Below, one piece after another: positions 10,074 to 21,037 of a stretch of 64,000 bases of DNA. The notes below the pieces were generated by a model that was given only the letters and a program-made list of their open reading frames with translations, had not been told where the DNA came from and did not search any database. This DNA is from Cyanidioschyzon merolae. Lineage: Eukaryota. Both the position numbers and the translations under genes were made by a program. The stretch lies in the NCBI GenBank assembly GCA_000091205.1, contig AP006487.2; one strand, given 5' to 3'. The first letter of the stretch is position 1; each line of letters opens with the position of its first letter.

Positions 10074-11365
10074 GCGAGCCAGCACGCGACTCGACCCGGA
10101 ACGTTTGGGCATGTCACGAGATATTGCAGCGTCAACCGATCGCTATACAAGTTACAGAAGCGACGTGAACGGCTTGCGGTTTCGTTGCGTACCTTTGCGT
10201 CGGCGATTCTATTGCACTTTATCATGTGCGACATGGAAACCTGAATAGGCGAATTTCGCGGCTTTGCCGGAAGCGAAGCACGACAGCGGATCTTTTGCGA
10301 TCGACGGGCAGGAACATGCACCAGCACCTTTGAATATAAGCGGTGTCTGGGCGCTACCCTTGACGATCAGCCAGTGTTTTTTCGCATGTACAAGCAGTGG
10401 ATCATGGGCGCCACCGGCCCGACACATTGACGACTACACTCTCCTGGGATATGCACCAATGCAATGCAGCGTGCATGATCGCATGCCTACTGCGCACCAG
10501 CGGGATATGGCGGCGTCTTGTGATTCCAGTTCGGACAACGCCGATGCATTCATTCATGACCTTGGGCGCGTTTCAAACAGTGTTAGCACAGAGCGCTCAT
10601 TTAATGGTTATGGATCTGGGTGTCGGGATTTCTGTTCCATGTGACAAGCTCGGTTAGTGTCTGTATCGAAAGCAAGCTAGAGGGCGGGGCTCGGTTTGGG
10701 GCCCGAGAGGGCCTCCATGGTTTCGAGTATAGTCACGCATTGTCCATTCTCCAGCTCAATCGAAATTCCAGTGACCCAGACAACCTTCGATATAATTGTC
10801 TTAAAAGTGCTCCCATATACATCATTGAGCATGAGATGACCCGGTGATTTGCACCCTGCTCGATACAGCTTTGATTCAGGCCACTGTGCTTGCTCTTGGC
10901 TGGCGAGGAAGCCTCACTGGGGCATCGCGCACTACGAGGCCTTGCGTAAACAAGTGGGCACCAAGATCTACGGGCTTTCCGCGCCCAATAAGGAACGAAA
11001 TGCGATTGGTCCACGAACCGAACTCGGGCGTAGAAGTAGAAGCTCGGGCGCGTTCCCATTGCCATCAACATCAGCGATTGTCGGCTGTTTCCGCGACTGA
11101 ATCGTTTTCCTCTCTCTCTCATGCCTGACTTTGAATATACTGGCCTCTGCGTTCCCTCTAGTTCCGTTGTCAGCAGTCGAAGGATATTGATGGCAGTGTT
11201 CCATTCGCGATTTCGCTGCTCCTGGATGCTTTCTGAGCAATGCATGCTGAGGAGGGAGTCGCTATCTACGCTTCGCTTTCCATGTTCATCTTTTTCATAT
11301 ATAGCCCCGGTGCGCTCTCTGCAGCGCTGACTCCTTGCTTCGGCCAGGTGTTATCCGAGGCCCAG

Positions 11366-11392
11366 CACACGCACACACACACACACACACAC
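11366..11392. repeat. (CA)n microsatellite
   Basis: cacacgcacacacacacacacacacacc, read directly from the sequence. Confidence 0.9.
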
Positions 11393-11590
11393 CATTGTCC
11401 GGTTGGCTTCCTGTGTTGTGTGGTTGCTTGTCTCGTCTCTCGGCATGTGCAATTGCCGGACGCAGAAGGCTCCGCTCGATACCCGGCTCCGTGTCCGCGT
11501 CTTGTTCAATAACCTCAGATTACCGGCCTTTTTTTTTCTGAATGATCCGATCTGCGAGTACGCTGTCCGCCACATGCATAAGCGCAGGCC

Positions 11591-12372
11591 GCCTCCCTGG
11601 ACAGAGGAATTCGTTAAACGCGACGTTTTCCATGACCAATCGACTTGCGAAAAGCAAATCCAGGCTGGAGATCAAGTCGAGAGATTTCGATCGGTCTACA
11701 CTTGCTTCACGACAAGAGGGTGACGCATGTGGCACAAGAAGTGATCGCTGCCACGACTGCATTCTCCCTTCTATACCGTTCTGCATGCAAACACAATTGA
11801 CGTGAACCTCTTGGAATGTGTCTCGTGGCATGTCACATGTTCGCGTCAAACGCTTTTTGTGCATGGAGACACAGCTATGCGTCTATAGATTCGGAACGGA
11901 ATCGCTTATCTGACGTGACTGGTTTAGTGAGCCAATCGGCATGAGCTTCTGAACAGGACGCCTATGGGCGACAACACGCTACATCCATCGCCAAAACAGT
12001 GACGCACATTGCTACGTCCACAAGTTGGCTTGAAGCCGAATCATCGAAAAATTGAAGCTTGCATCATTTCATCACGCTACACGTACGGAGACGAGAAAAC
12101 GGGAAGCTTGCACGTCCGCATCGCACCATGCTATCGGTTATTTCACGAAGCCGAGGTCGATGGCTTTGCGGATCGTCTTGATTCCGACGCAATACCGCAT
12201 TCCAGTGGCATATACTCGAATACATCTCGCCAGGAAGACGACCGAGAACCCGTAAACCCACCGACAGATCCATTCACCTCGATGGAGACACCTCGAATAT
12301 CGCACCTCGATATCCAGAAAACCCGTTCGGGAGAAATCGGTACACAGGAACATAGCCAGCAGTTCAGTGCTC
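11591..12372 (+). repeat. Dispersed repeat family 1, copy A (about 782 bp); unclassified, possible non-autonomous mobile element
   Basis: Near-identical (roughly 98-99%; about 10 substitutions counted by eye) to 34850-35632 in the same orientation. Both copies have a sharp left boundary (gcctccctggacagaggaattcg) and right boundary (...cagcagttcagtgctc), with unrelated flanks. Internal ORFs (12009..12380 +, 11520..11864 -) have no recognisable homology. Confidence 0.8.
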
Positions 12373-12711
12373 CAGTTTAATCCGACAAGGGTTTGGCAGG
12401 GAGCTTTAGGCGTTCTGTGCCAGTCATCGGGCGCTCGACGATTGCAAGAGATGCAAAGTTCCACGTTGCACACCTTTTGATCGGCAGGACGCAAGCATGA
12501 TGCATTGGATTTGTTTTCGAGCGAGCAAACGTCTTTGTCGTTGTCTGTTTACTGGAGCGGCGAATCCAGCACGAGTTCGTCACTTTTCCGCCAAGAGTCC
12601 GGTGCATCTGCCACCGTCAGCATATGGTGCATGTATCAATGCCAAGGCCCGACGTAACCAGCAATGCACATTTGCCTGCGTCCCTGCTCCAGTGATATGC
12701 TCATGTCGAGG

Positions 12712-14115
12712 TTATGCTGCTTCACTGGGCTGACGCCGAGTCCAGGATCGTGAATTGAACTTTCTGATGACGCCGCGTTTGATGAGGTACGTCCCGTGAC
12801 TTTGAACCTGCTGACGAGTTTTGTTCGGTAGGAAACTTTTGATCCGGTTCCATTTGCAACCGAACGTTGCGTAGGCGCGTCTGAACATGCAGTCTTCTTC
12901 CTCAGACCAGACTGAGTGACGACGCATTTTGTGCTTGGGATCCACAGAAGTGCTCTTCTCTCGCGCTGCTGTTGTGCACTGGACGCTCTGTAATTCCCCA
13001 GGCAAGGCCCCAGAGGTTGCGACGTTCGATGCGTGCGAACCCGCGTAGCTTGCGATGTGCTTGAATGACACCGCGGCATGTGATATGCCATGACACGGGC
13101 GGCTGCGAGCCAAGGCACATGCGTCCGGAATCTCGACGCGCAAGCCCGCTTCTCGAATCGTTTGGCGTTCCGTTGCCTCTGGAATAGGGCGTCGCTCATG
13201 CGTTGCGGTGTCATTCGAGCTGGTCGTGTTTGCTGGATTAGAGATACCATAGAGTGCTGAGTCCCTGTTCCACTGTTCATTGTCCAGACGAGCAACCGAG
13301 TGCGCAACGCCTCTCGCGAAATCAGAATGTCCATCTGGCGTTCTCAAAGCGTGCTCCGCTACGCATTCAAAGATGTATTGTGACCTGGCCGTGCGTGTCT
13401 GTGGTCCCGGAGCCTTGTCCAGACCCGATTTTATTGAACTGGGCGACGAACTTTTTTCTGATTGCAGTGATTGAACGTCGAATGCTCTGTTTCGGACAGG
13501 CGTGGCTGGCTCGGCTTGCTGTGTCACATAAGCGGAATAGGTTGCACACCTGGGTGCTGCAGAGGCCTCGTGAGTTCGCGTCTGCTGTCGTAGCGCACTG
13601 TAGCAGAAGGACGATTCAAGGGATTCGACGCGTTCACGTAGACTGCGAACTTCGCGAACAAGCGCTGCAACAGTTGATTCTGCTGCTGAGCCCGCGGGAA
13701 TTCGTGGATCGTACTGGTGTTGGAGGCCGCTGAGTTGCAGCAAACCATGACGCGACCCTTCGACGAACACCTCAGAATGCTGCGCTCCATATCTCGACTC
13801 AGGCGTCCCTGACGCGGCGAATCCGAATGGCAACGTCTCAGCGCACCTCGGGAGTCGCTCGGCACACGGCTCGAGATGCGGATGTACGGCATCTCCTGGT
13901 AGGTGTATCTCCATAAATCCTCTGGAATTGAGCGATGACATGCTTCCCGCAAGTGCTGACGCTTGTAAGCGCGAAAAAACTGGAATCTGCGAAGGCGTTT
14001 GCGCCTCTGGTTGATGCGGCTGGGTGAGCCAGATTGAGCCCGGCCCGCCTGCGGATCCCGCATAGGGTGCCCGGGCATAGACCAGACCCGGCTCCATTCT
14101 CATCGGTCGTTGCAC
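12712..14115 (-). CDS. Single-repeat MYB/SANT (SHAQKYF-class-like) DNA-binding protein
   Basis: 467-aa ORF. The C-terminal block RRHSVWSEEEDCMFRRAYATFGCKWNRIKSFLPNKTRQQVQSHGTYLIKRG is a Myb-like HTH repeat (W..EE...F..A....G..W..I......T..QV.SHAQKYF pattern). The rest is low-complexity. Confidence 0.6.
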   Translation of the reverse strand: MQRPMRMEPGLVYARAPYAGSAGGPGSIWLTQPHQPEAQTPSQIPVFSRLQASALAGSMSSLNSRGFMEIHLPGDAVHPHLEPCAERLPRCAETLPFGFAASGTPESRYGAQHSEVFVEGSRHGLLQLSGLQHQYDPRIPAGSAAESTVAALVREVRSLRERVESLESSFCYSALRQQTRTHEASAAPRCATYSAYVTQQAEPATPVRNRAFDVQSLQSEKSSSPSSIKSGLDKAPGPQTRTARSQYIFECVAEHALRTPDGHSDFARGVAHSVARLDNEQWNRDSALYGISNPANTTSSNDTATHERRPIPEATERQTIREAGLRVEIPDACALARSRPCHGISHAAVSFKHIASYAGSHASNVATSGALPGELQSVQCTTAAREKSTSVDPKHKMRRHSVWSEEEDCMFRRAYATFGCKWNRIKSFLPNKTRQQVQSHGTYLIKRGVIRKFNSRSWTRRQPSEAA

Positions 14116-14569
14116 GCCGTTGCAGCCGAAAAATCCGCACCATATACGTTTCCTTCAAGGAGGAAAACGCGTTTGCCTGCGTCGCACGCCGAACAGGGCC
14201 TTGAGCCTGCAGCTCACAACCGCTCCCGTGCAACCTTTTCTTTTCCTATTCACAAGGTTAGGAGAAGCGACGTTTCAATTCCGTTGCTGAGCCGCCTCGG
14301 TTTGGAAGTATGGCGACTGCGTACACGCTCTGGTTCCGCCTTTCTGCTCGAACGTGTCATACTCGTACGCAGCGAAACGCGTCAACGCAAAGTCGCGTGT
14401 TTCCCAGAGCGCCGCCAATTTTGACGCACCCCAAGGGACACGTGCTGTGTACGTGTATGGATACGTGTGCGTTTTTCATGAATTGACGAGACGTTTACAT
14501 AGGCCAGCGTTCTTCGATTGTGCGCTTTTTCTCTCCTTTCTTTTTCGATTTTTGTTTCAGTGCACGATG

Positions 14570-14773
14570 AAGCATCCATTGACCCATTCCCCGCTTCGAA
14601 GTTACATTTCCCGTACTGGTTCTCGGATATTCTGGTCGCTTCATACGTCCTATCGTGTGTGCCTAGTACCTACCCTAATCATACGCCTTTGCGCGTGAAC
14701 CGCTGGAGCAGATAGGTCATAAGGACAGAACGGCGTTTCGGGAACACACAGAGGGCGTCGGCTCGAGGCGCGC
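14570..14773. repeat. Dispersed repeat family 2, copy 2 (about 200 bp), 455-660 bp upstream of the MYB-gene start codon
   Basis: Homologous to 8120-8345 (see that entry), in the same orientation relative to the adjacent minus-strand gene. Confidence 0.55.
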
Positions 14774-16329
14774 TTTACCCGACGTAAAGTCGGAATTCAT
14801 CATTATTATGTGCTCGGACAGTCTGCGGATGCAGTCTTGCCTTCGCTGCACGACACGCTGGAGAAACTTGGCTGTTAGGATGAATTCTGGGAGCCGCCTC
14901 TCTCCTTCGTGATCATGCATGGAATGCGTTGTCGGTTGACAATGCGGGTTCTGTGCTTGACACGCGCTAGTGGGTAGGCGCAGAAAGCGCACTAGGTCCG
15001 TGTGCGTATCCGATACGCTGGACCTTGCGCCTAGAATGCCATTGCCGGTACTGCACGCAGCGCTCGTCGCTCGAGGCAGCAATGCTCGCTAACGATCGCT
15101 GAGCAGTGTGCGCCCAGGGTCGCCTGCTCGCGGAGCTCCTGATGCGGTTTAGCGCGATGTCCCGCTTTCGACGGCACTGGGAATGCTCATCGCCCGCCAC
15201 AGCGGATGCGCGCTATCCCTTCGAGGCGGACGCTGTGGGAGATTTGCCACGAATACTGGAGTGGCGCGGCGTAACGAAGTATACAACCACGGTGCAACTG
15301 TACGGCTACAATGCCCGTGTGATGGTGGCGCTGTGTCTCCAGCAGGATGCACACACCGGTTTCGACTTTGTGTGCTCTCGACAGCTGAAGTATGACGTTC
15401 AAGCACGATCATCGATGCTTGGAAACTCTTCTTTTGCCAAGTGTATCGCCTGATTTTTGTACTGCAGTGGAGGATCTCGCAATACTTCACGGGTGACTCG
15501 AGAGACTACCTGCATACTCGCTGGTAATATGTCCGTGCAATGGACACGAGACTCGTGTAAAACGCGCCGTTTTCGGCGCTTCCCATCATTTGTCTGAATT
15601 TTGCAAGAAAACGGATTCAACACGCTCGCAGTGCAATTCGGTTCAGAAACCGTGATGGCAGTCACGTTGACGTGGCCTCTCTGGCTGTCAGAGGCACGCG
15701 ATCCCCGAATTTCAAGTTTGTATGGAGATCGGTCTCAAACATAAGGACAGTGACCTGGATGGCATCCTCTGCCGCGATCCGGTCGGAGCCGTCCACGAGA
15801 CTTATCGGATGACTCTGCAACAGCACTGACCAGTGCACAGCGCCGGCTGGAGGCGATATCGTTCTCACTGGATCACCGACACCGCGCACAGGATTGTCTG
15901 GTTCGCGCAATGCCCTGGGTACGCTTCACCACGGTTACCTATGAAGCGTGCATTGCAAGATTTGCGTTTGAGAAGGACAGATTTCATGGCGGAGCGAAAT
16001 CAGCCATCTAACTGGACGACGTCTTAACTGCGAGAACCGCATGCCCCGTGCAGCCGTTGCGGCCTTGGTTTCTGTCGGCGAGTGCGGATGCATATCGTGA
16101 TGGCATGGGCGGCATTCTCCGTTGATGTCGTAGTGAAATGGAACGCTGCATTCTTCGCCCAGACCCTAAATTTCTATTTTTTCGAACATAATTTGGATGT
16201 GCAGTCTAGACATTCGAATTGCAGCAATATGGGGTTAAGGACTTACACGTCGTTTCAGGGTTCTCGTTCGTCTTTCAGGTGTGTGGCTCCTTCGACGCTT
16301 CGCCGGTGGAATTCGTTACCGTACCGATC

Positions 16330-16440
16330 TTGGTTCAAGTAGAGCGTAGACAAATCGAAATTTCTCGACCAGATATCTAGCCTGGATTTTGCTTCTGAAA
16401 ATTGTCTCATCATGGAAGTCATTGCGAATTCCAAATCCGC
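16330..16440 (-). repeat. Degraded fragment of dispersed repeat family 1 (reverse orientation)
   Basis: gtagacaaatcgaaatttctcgaccagatatctagcctggattttgcttc...cgaattcc matches the reverse complement of copy A 11596-11715 (gtgtagaccgatcgaaatctctcgacttgatctccagcctggatttgctttt...cgaattcc) at about 70% identity. Confidence 0.5.
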
Positions 16441-16526
16441 TGTTGAACGGACCCGCAGGCATATGCATGTGCAACTGACGAAGGAATGGCCAAGAGAGCC
16501 AACCCGATGAAGACCGCGATCGTAGG

Positions 16527-16527
<1 letters not shown>

Positions 16528-16558
<31 letters not shown>
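16528..16558. repeat. (CTG/TGC)n trinucleotide microsatellite, about 10 units, intergenic
   Basis: tgctgctgctgctgctgctgctgctgctgctg, read directly. Confidence 0.9.
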
Positions 16559-16560
<2 letters not shown>

Positions 16561-17512
16561 CTCCAAAACGAACAAATGCATCGATGGGAGCGTACTTTAC
16601 CGGTCAGGGGCATGCGCCGAGCGATGACGCGAGCTTTCACACGGCAAATGGCCGTTCCACAAAGAGCAGATGTGGTGCACAACTGGGAACACTTGACCGC
16701 ACGCAAGTGTCACAAAGGCGGAGGCCGCACAGGGGCTCGTGAACTAGAAGATGAAAGAAAGTAAGAGGGGCGTGGAACGCAACCTTTGTCTCTGCATGCC
16801 TTGTGTTGATAACAGCCGGAGGCGACGAATTCGGGACCTGGTGGCTGCAACCGACACCCGCCGACCGCTGCCAATGGAGCTAGAGAGGAAAACAGCGACG
16901 TACGTGGAGAACGCTGGAACCAAGTAAGTAAGAAAAGAAGCACTAGGACCAAAGTCCCTCAAATGCTTTTGTTGGTGATCGTGGCAACAGATCCGAACTT
17001 TAGTTTGCTCACCCGCATGGGCAAATCGGACCTCTCCAATGCTATCCTGAAATGGCTGAATCAGAGAATACCCCCGTGTCCATCGCTGTCCATTTTCGAA
17101 CCTGACGTTGCAGGCAAAACCATGCGACGCCACCATTTCTCGATAAGTACAGTATTCTCCCTATATATATAGTTTATCTCTCCGATGCACCAGGGTGCGC
17201 GCAACCTGGACAAAGAGCCCATCAGCAGGCACCTGATCCGGACAGCCATCGCGCGGCTTGCCTGCATCAGATGCAACGGATACGCGAAATACGGTCGCGC
17301 TTGCTGCGCTCGATACGCATCCCGTGATCCGTCGACAGAATCCCCGGATCACGGCTGCATCCACTCTGTTTCCAGGATGATGCCAGAACTCATGCGACAT
17401 ACGCACGCGCCGAATTTATTGGTGTTCTTTCTTCTACAAGCATCGATATTGAGTCGAGGACTGGTTTTCAAGTTGCACTTACGCCGGACGTTATTGCACC
17501 TCACACACAGAG

Positions 17513-19237
17513 ATGAAGCGTGTCTGGGCATTCGTAGCACTATTATTCAGCATGCTGCTGAGCGCGATCGGCGTGCTCGCTGTGCTATCCAGCGAAGCTG
17601 ACCTCGCCTGGATCTCACGCACGAGCTCGTACTTCGCCCCGCGCGGTCCGTCACCAGACTTGCCGCCAACCGATATCCGCCTGCAGTCTCGCAATGGCGG
17701 CGTCGAGCAGGTGCACCTGGTGGCGAATCGTCACGATCGCGTTACACTTGTGTTCGTGCGGGATATCTCTTCGAATCCAGATATGCCGCTACAGTTGCAG
17801 GCAACTGTTCGGTATGGTCGGAACGCATCCCTGCTCGACAATGAAGGTCTCGCGACTGCTCGGGTCTACACCGGCATGCAAGAGTACAATAGCTATCTCT
17901 GGAACCCGCCGATGGGCGCACCGTTTCTTAACCGCTCTGAAATTGCCAAGCTTATGAACACGGCATCGTGGGCGCAGCCCTGGTGGCCAGTCTACAACAA
18001 CGATACCGCGGCGAATATTCCCGAAAACGAATCCGTGAAAGCAGCATACAATAACCCCGCATCGCTCTATCAGTCGCCTCTCATTTTCACGGTGAAGCTC
18101 GAGAACCTTCTACCGAACACACAGTACTTTTATGAGATTGATGGGGAATATCAGGGAAATTTCACCACGCTGCCCATGGATGGCGACCATAGCAAACCAC
18201 TGACCCTGGGCATGTGGGCCGATGTAGGCCAGACCAACGTCAGTGCCCTGAACATGGAGTATCTGTTGCACGATGTGAATCCCGATCTGGTGCTGCTCGC
18301 TGGAGACCTGTCGTATGCGGACGCCTTTCAGCAGCGCTGGGATACCTGGGGCCGTCTAATGGAACCGCTGATGTCGCATAAGCTATCGCTGTTTTGTAAT
18401 GCCGACCACGAGTTGAATGTTGGCAATGAGCAGAATATCGGTTACCTGTTCCGGTACCCGGCACCATTTGAGGAATCGAATTCTCCGTCCTTTGAGTACT
18501 ACAGCTACAAGACGGGACCGCTGCATATCATCGCCCTGGGGTCATACACGGTTTTCAACCATTCCAGCGTGCAGTATCGCTGGCTCGAGCAGGAGCTCGC
18601 GCGCATCGACCGGCGGCGTACGCCTTGGGTGCTGGTGATGCTGCACGTGCCCTGGTACTGCTCGAACTTTGTTCACATCGGCGAGGGCCTACTAATGCGA
18701 GAATCCATGGAACCGCTGCTCTACAAATACGGCGTCGACATCGTTCTTACTGGGCACGTTCACGCGTACGAGCGCACTTTCCCGGTATATCAGAATGAGA
18801 CGAATTCGTGTGGCCCGGTGCACTTCGATCTCGGCGACGCTGGAAACCGTGAGGGCGCCTACACCGACTGGCTGATGCCGCAGCCAAGCTGGTCCGCTTT
18901 CCGTGAGGCCTCTTTCGGCGTGGGCAAGCTCGTTATCTACAACGAGACGCACGCGTACTACGAATGGCACCGCGTCGCATGCGAGGACACGAATGCCACA
19001 CATTGCGCGACCAAGGGCGACAACTCGGCCCAACGGTACGATATCTCGGACACAACCTGGGTGATCCGGAATACCAGCCAGTGTCCCAATCGGCTTATGC
19101 CAAACGCCATGTCCGAGCCTGTTCATCGTATGCCGAATCCGCCTGCAGGCATTGCGAGACCGAAACCAGCACGCCCAGCGCCACAGCTCCCGGGTCCGCC
19201 TGCGGCAGCACCAGCGCCAGCGCATCCACACCCGTAG
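17513..19237 (+). CDS. Purple acid phosphatase (binuclear metallophosphoesterase) with N-terminal signal peptide and proline-rich C-terminal tail
   Basis: 574-aa ORF. A hydrophobic leader (MKRVWAFVALLFSMLLSAIGVLAVLSS) is followed by the PAP metal-ligand blocks GMWADVG, LLAGDLSYAD, a divergent GNHE region (FCNADHELN), VLVMLHVPWY and VLTGHVHAYER. Confidence 0.88.
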   Translation: MKRVWAFVALLFSMLLSAIGVLAVLSSEADLAWISRTSSYFAPRGPSPDLPPTDIRLQSRNGGVEQVHLVANRHDRVTLVFVRDISSNPDMPLQLQATVRYGRNASLLDNEGLATARVYTGMQEYNSYLWNPPMGAPFLNRSEIAKLMNTASWAQPWWPVYNNDTAANIPENESVKAAYNNPASLYQSPLIFTVKLENLLPNTQYFYEIDGEYQGNFTTLPMDGDHSKPLTLGMWADVGQTNVSALNMEYLLHDVNPDLVLLAGDLSYADAFQQRWDTWGRLMEPLMSHKLSLFCNADHELNVGNEQNIGYLFRYPAPFEESNSPSFEYYSYKTGPLHIIALGSYTVFNHSSVQYRWLEQELARIDRRRTPWVLVMLHVPWYCSNFVHIGEGLLMRESMEPLLYKYGVDIVLTGHVHAYERTFPVYQNETNSCGPVHFDLGDAGNREGAYTDWLMPQPSWSAFREASFGVGKLVIYNETHAYYEWHRVACEDTNATHCATKGDNSAQRYDISDTTWVIRNTSQCPNRLMPNAMSEPVHRMPNPPAGIARPKPARPAPQLPGPPAAAPAPAHPHP

Positions 19238-20526
19238 TTGTTGAGGATGTGTGGCCTTGGCTCCCGCAGCCGATGCCGGAAAAGCAGCAAGCGCCGCGAT
19301 CCTGTTGGGATCGGACCCAAAACACCAGATCGTGGAAGAAAAAGAACAATTTTGCCGGCGAAAGGAAGAAATATCGTATTTGCTACATGAAGTTAAGGTG
19401 GAGAGGCTCAAGGTGGAGAAGATCAAGGTGGAGAGGCTCGAGGCAGAGAATGTCGAGGTAGTCATCGTAAAGCATGCAGTGTACCAAATCAGATGCGTAT
19501 GCACGTCAGCTCGCTTTTGTGTCGAGTTGAAAACGATGACACCACGTCGCCTTTGTGGGGAATCGACAAATCATGAATTCGCATGCGCTTGTAGCAGTCC
19601 TTCTTTGCTGGAAGCACGCGTCGAACTTGTTTGCATGACGCAATAAAGACGCAAAACCACCGGCAATGCCTCGCGCGAAAGGTACGTACCCTGGTCACGC
19701 ACCAGAGCCCTAATCCATCCGTGAAACATCTTTAGTGGTGCCCCAAGCACCGTAGCAATTGCCCGCAGTACGCGCGGCACTCGACGGTTCACTGGATCGA
19801 TCGAGCCTGTGCTCCTGCCGGAAGCACTGCTCTGGAATCGATGAAACGCGTAAAGGCCTCTGAAAGACACATGGGCTTTATGTTTATGATCGGCAGTCTC
19901 GATAGCACCCGGGCGGCAACAGATTCCGTGCGTCGCTCCAGAGCCGTGGAAACAACCACTGTCGTTGCGCGTCAAAGGTCGATGCACGATGCGTGTCCAT
20001 TTGCTGCCAATGACGTGTCCTGTCACGTCCGCGGCTGCATGCAACGCAGGGTCACCGCTGCCGATGCGATGCATGCACGTCAACGTCCCGTCGAGGCGGA
20101 CACGCGCGGTGTCGACGCTGGTGCCGACATCGCCTCTATGTATCGTGTCGCACGGCGTGTCGTCCATTGGTCTGAATTGCGCTGCGCCCCGCGATTACCG
20201 AAGGCAGAGGACGCCCCAGGAGCTGCTGGCGCTATACGCATGGTGAATCATCGACGCATCCGGCTTTCTGTTCCCATGTGAAGGAGCATGAGTGTATATG
20301 GAAGACACCAAGTCTCTGATATAGAACCTTGTCCACAGATAACGCCAGCCAAATGATAACGCCTCGAATTGTTCAAAGGCTCACGATGATCAGGGGAATA
20401 TCCAGTGCACACGCGTCTGATTGCGTGGTATCTGTAGACTCGCTAAACCATGACTATGGCGCCTTCCGCCAGACTTTGCACCAAATGCAAAAATCCTGCG
20501 ACATGATCGACACATTCGGCCTCATC

Positions 20527-20775
20527 TCCGGAAACGCAGCTGACCTACATGACACGCAGTGGCGCGGCGATATCGTCGGTTCACGGACTTTTTCAATTCA
20601 GCCAACTCTGCGGAAACACAGCTGACCTACATGACACGCCGTGGCGCGACGATATCGTCGGTTCCCGGACTTTTTCAATTCAGCCAACTCTGCGGAAACA
20701 CAGCTGACCTACATGACACGCCGTGGCGCGACGATATCGTCGGTTCACGGACTTTTTCAATTCAGCCAACTCGAG
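20527..20775. repeat. Tandem repeat, 82-bp unit x 3, about 260 bp beyond the stop codon of the UXS gene
   Basis: The motif cagctgacctacatgacacgc recurs at 20539, 20621 and 20703. Whole units (ggaaacacagctgacctacatgacacgccgtggcgcgacgatatcgtcggttcacggactttttcaattcagccaactctgc) are near-identical. Confidence 0.85.
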
Positions 20776-21037
20776 CGTGTCATGGGCGGACGGGACGACT
20801 TGCCCTGCTCCCGGAGTGCGTCTGCTCGGAAAAGCTTCGCGTCGTGATATATGTGGCACAGCGTTGACCAGTACTCAACGTAACGCTGCTGGGTGCCTTG
20901 GAAGTCGCTGCCGCATGCACTCGGTACCAAACTGAATGCTTACTATGTACGCTCTATCACTGCGAGCCACCACTGGCCAAGCTTGGCGACTCGAGTGCCG
21001 CATGCGTTGCAGTGCGCAGGTCTAGCGGAGATTCGCG

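Noticed and set aside
19380-19450. 15-bp periodicity (aaggtggagaggctc...) giving KVERLKVEKIKVERLE in ORF 19251..19646
   Set aside because: Only about 4 imperfect units; the ORF has no other support. Probably a minor cryptic repeat in the PAP 3' flank.
18692-19504. 270-aa ORF on the minus strand overlapping the 3' end of the purple acid phosphatase gene
   Set aside because: Antisense to a well-supported gene, low-complexity translation, no motif. Long antisense ORFs are expected in GC-rich coding DNA.
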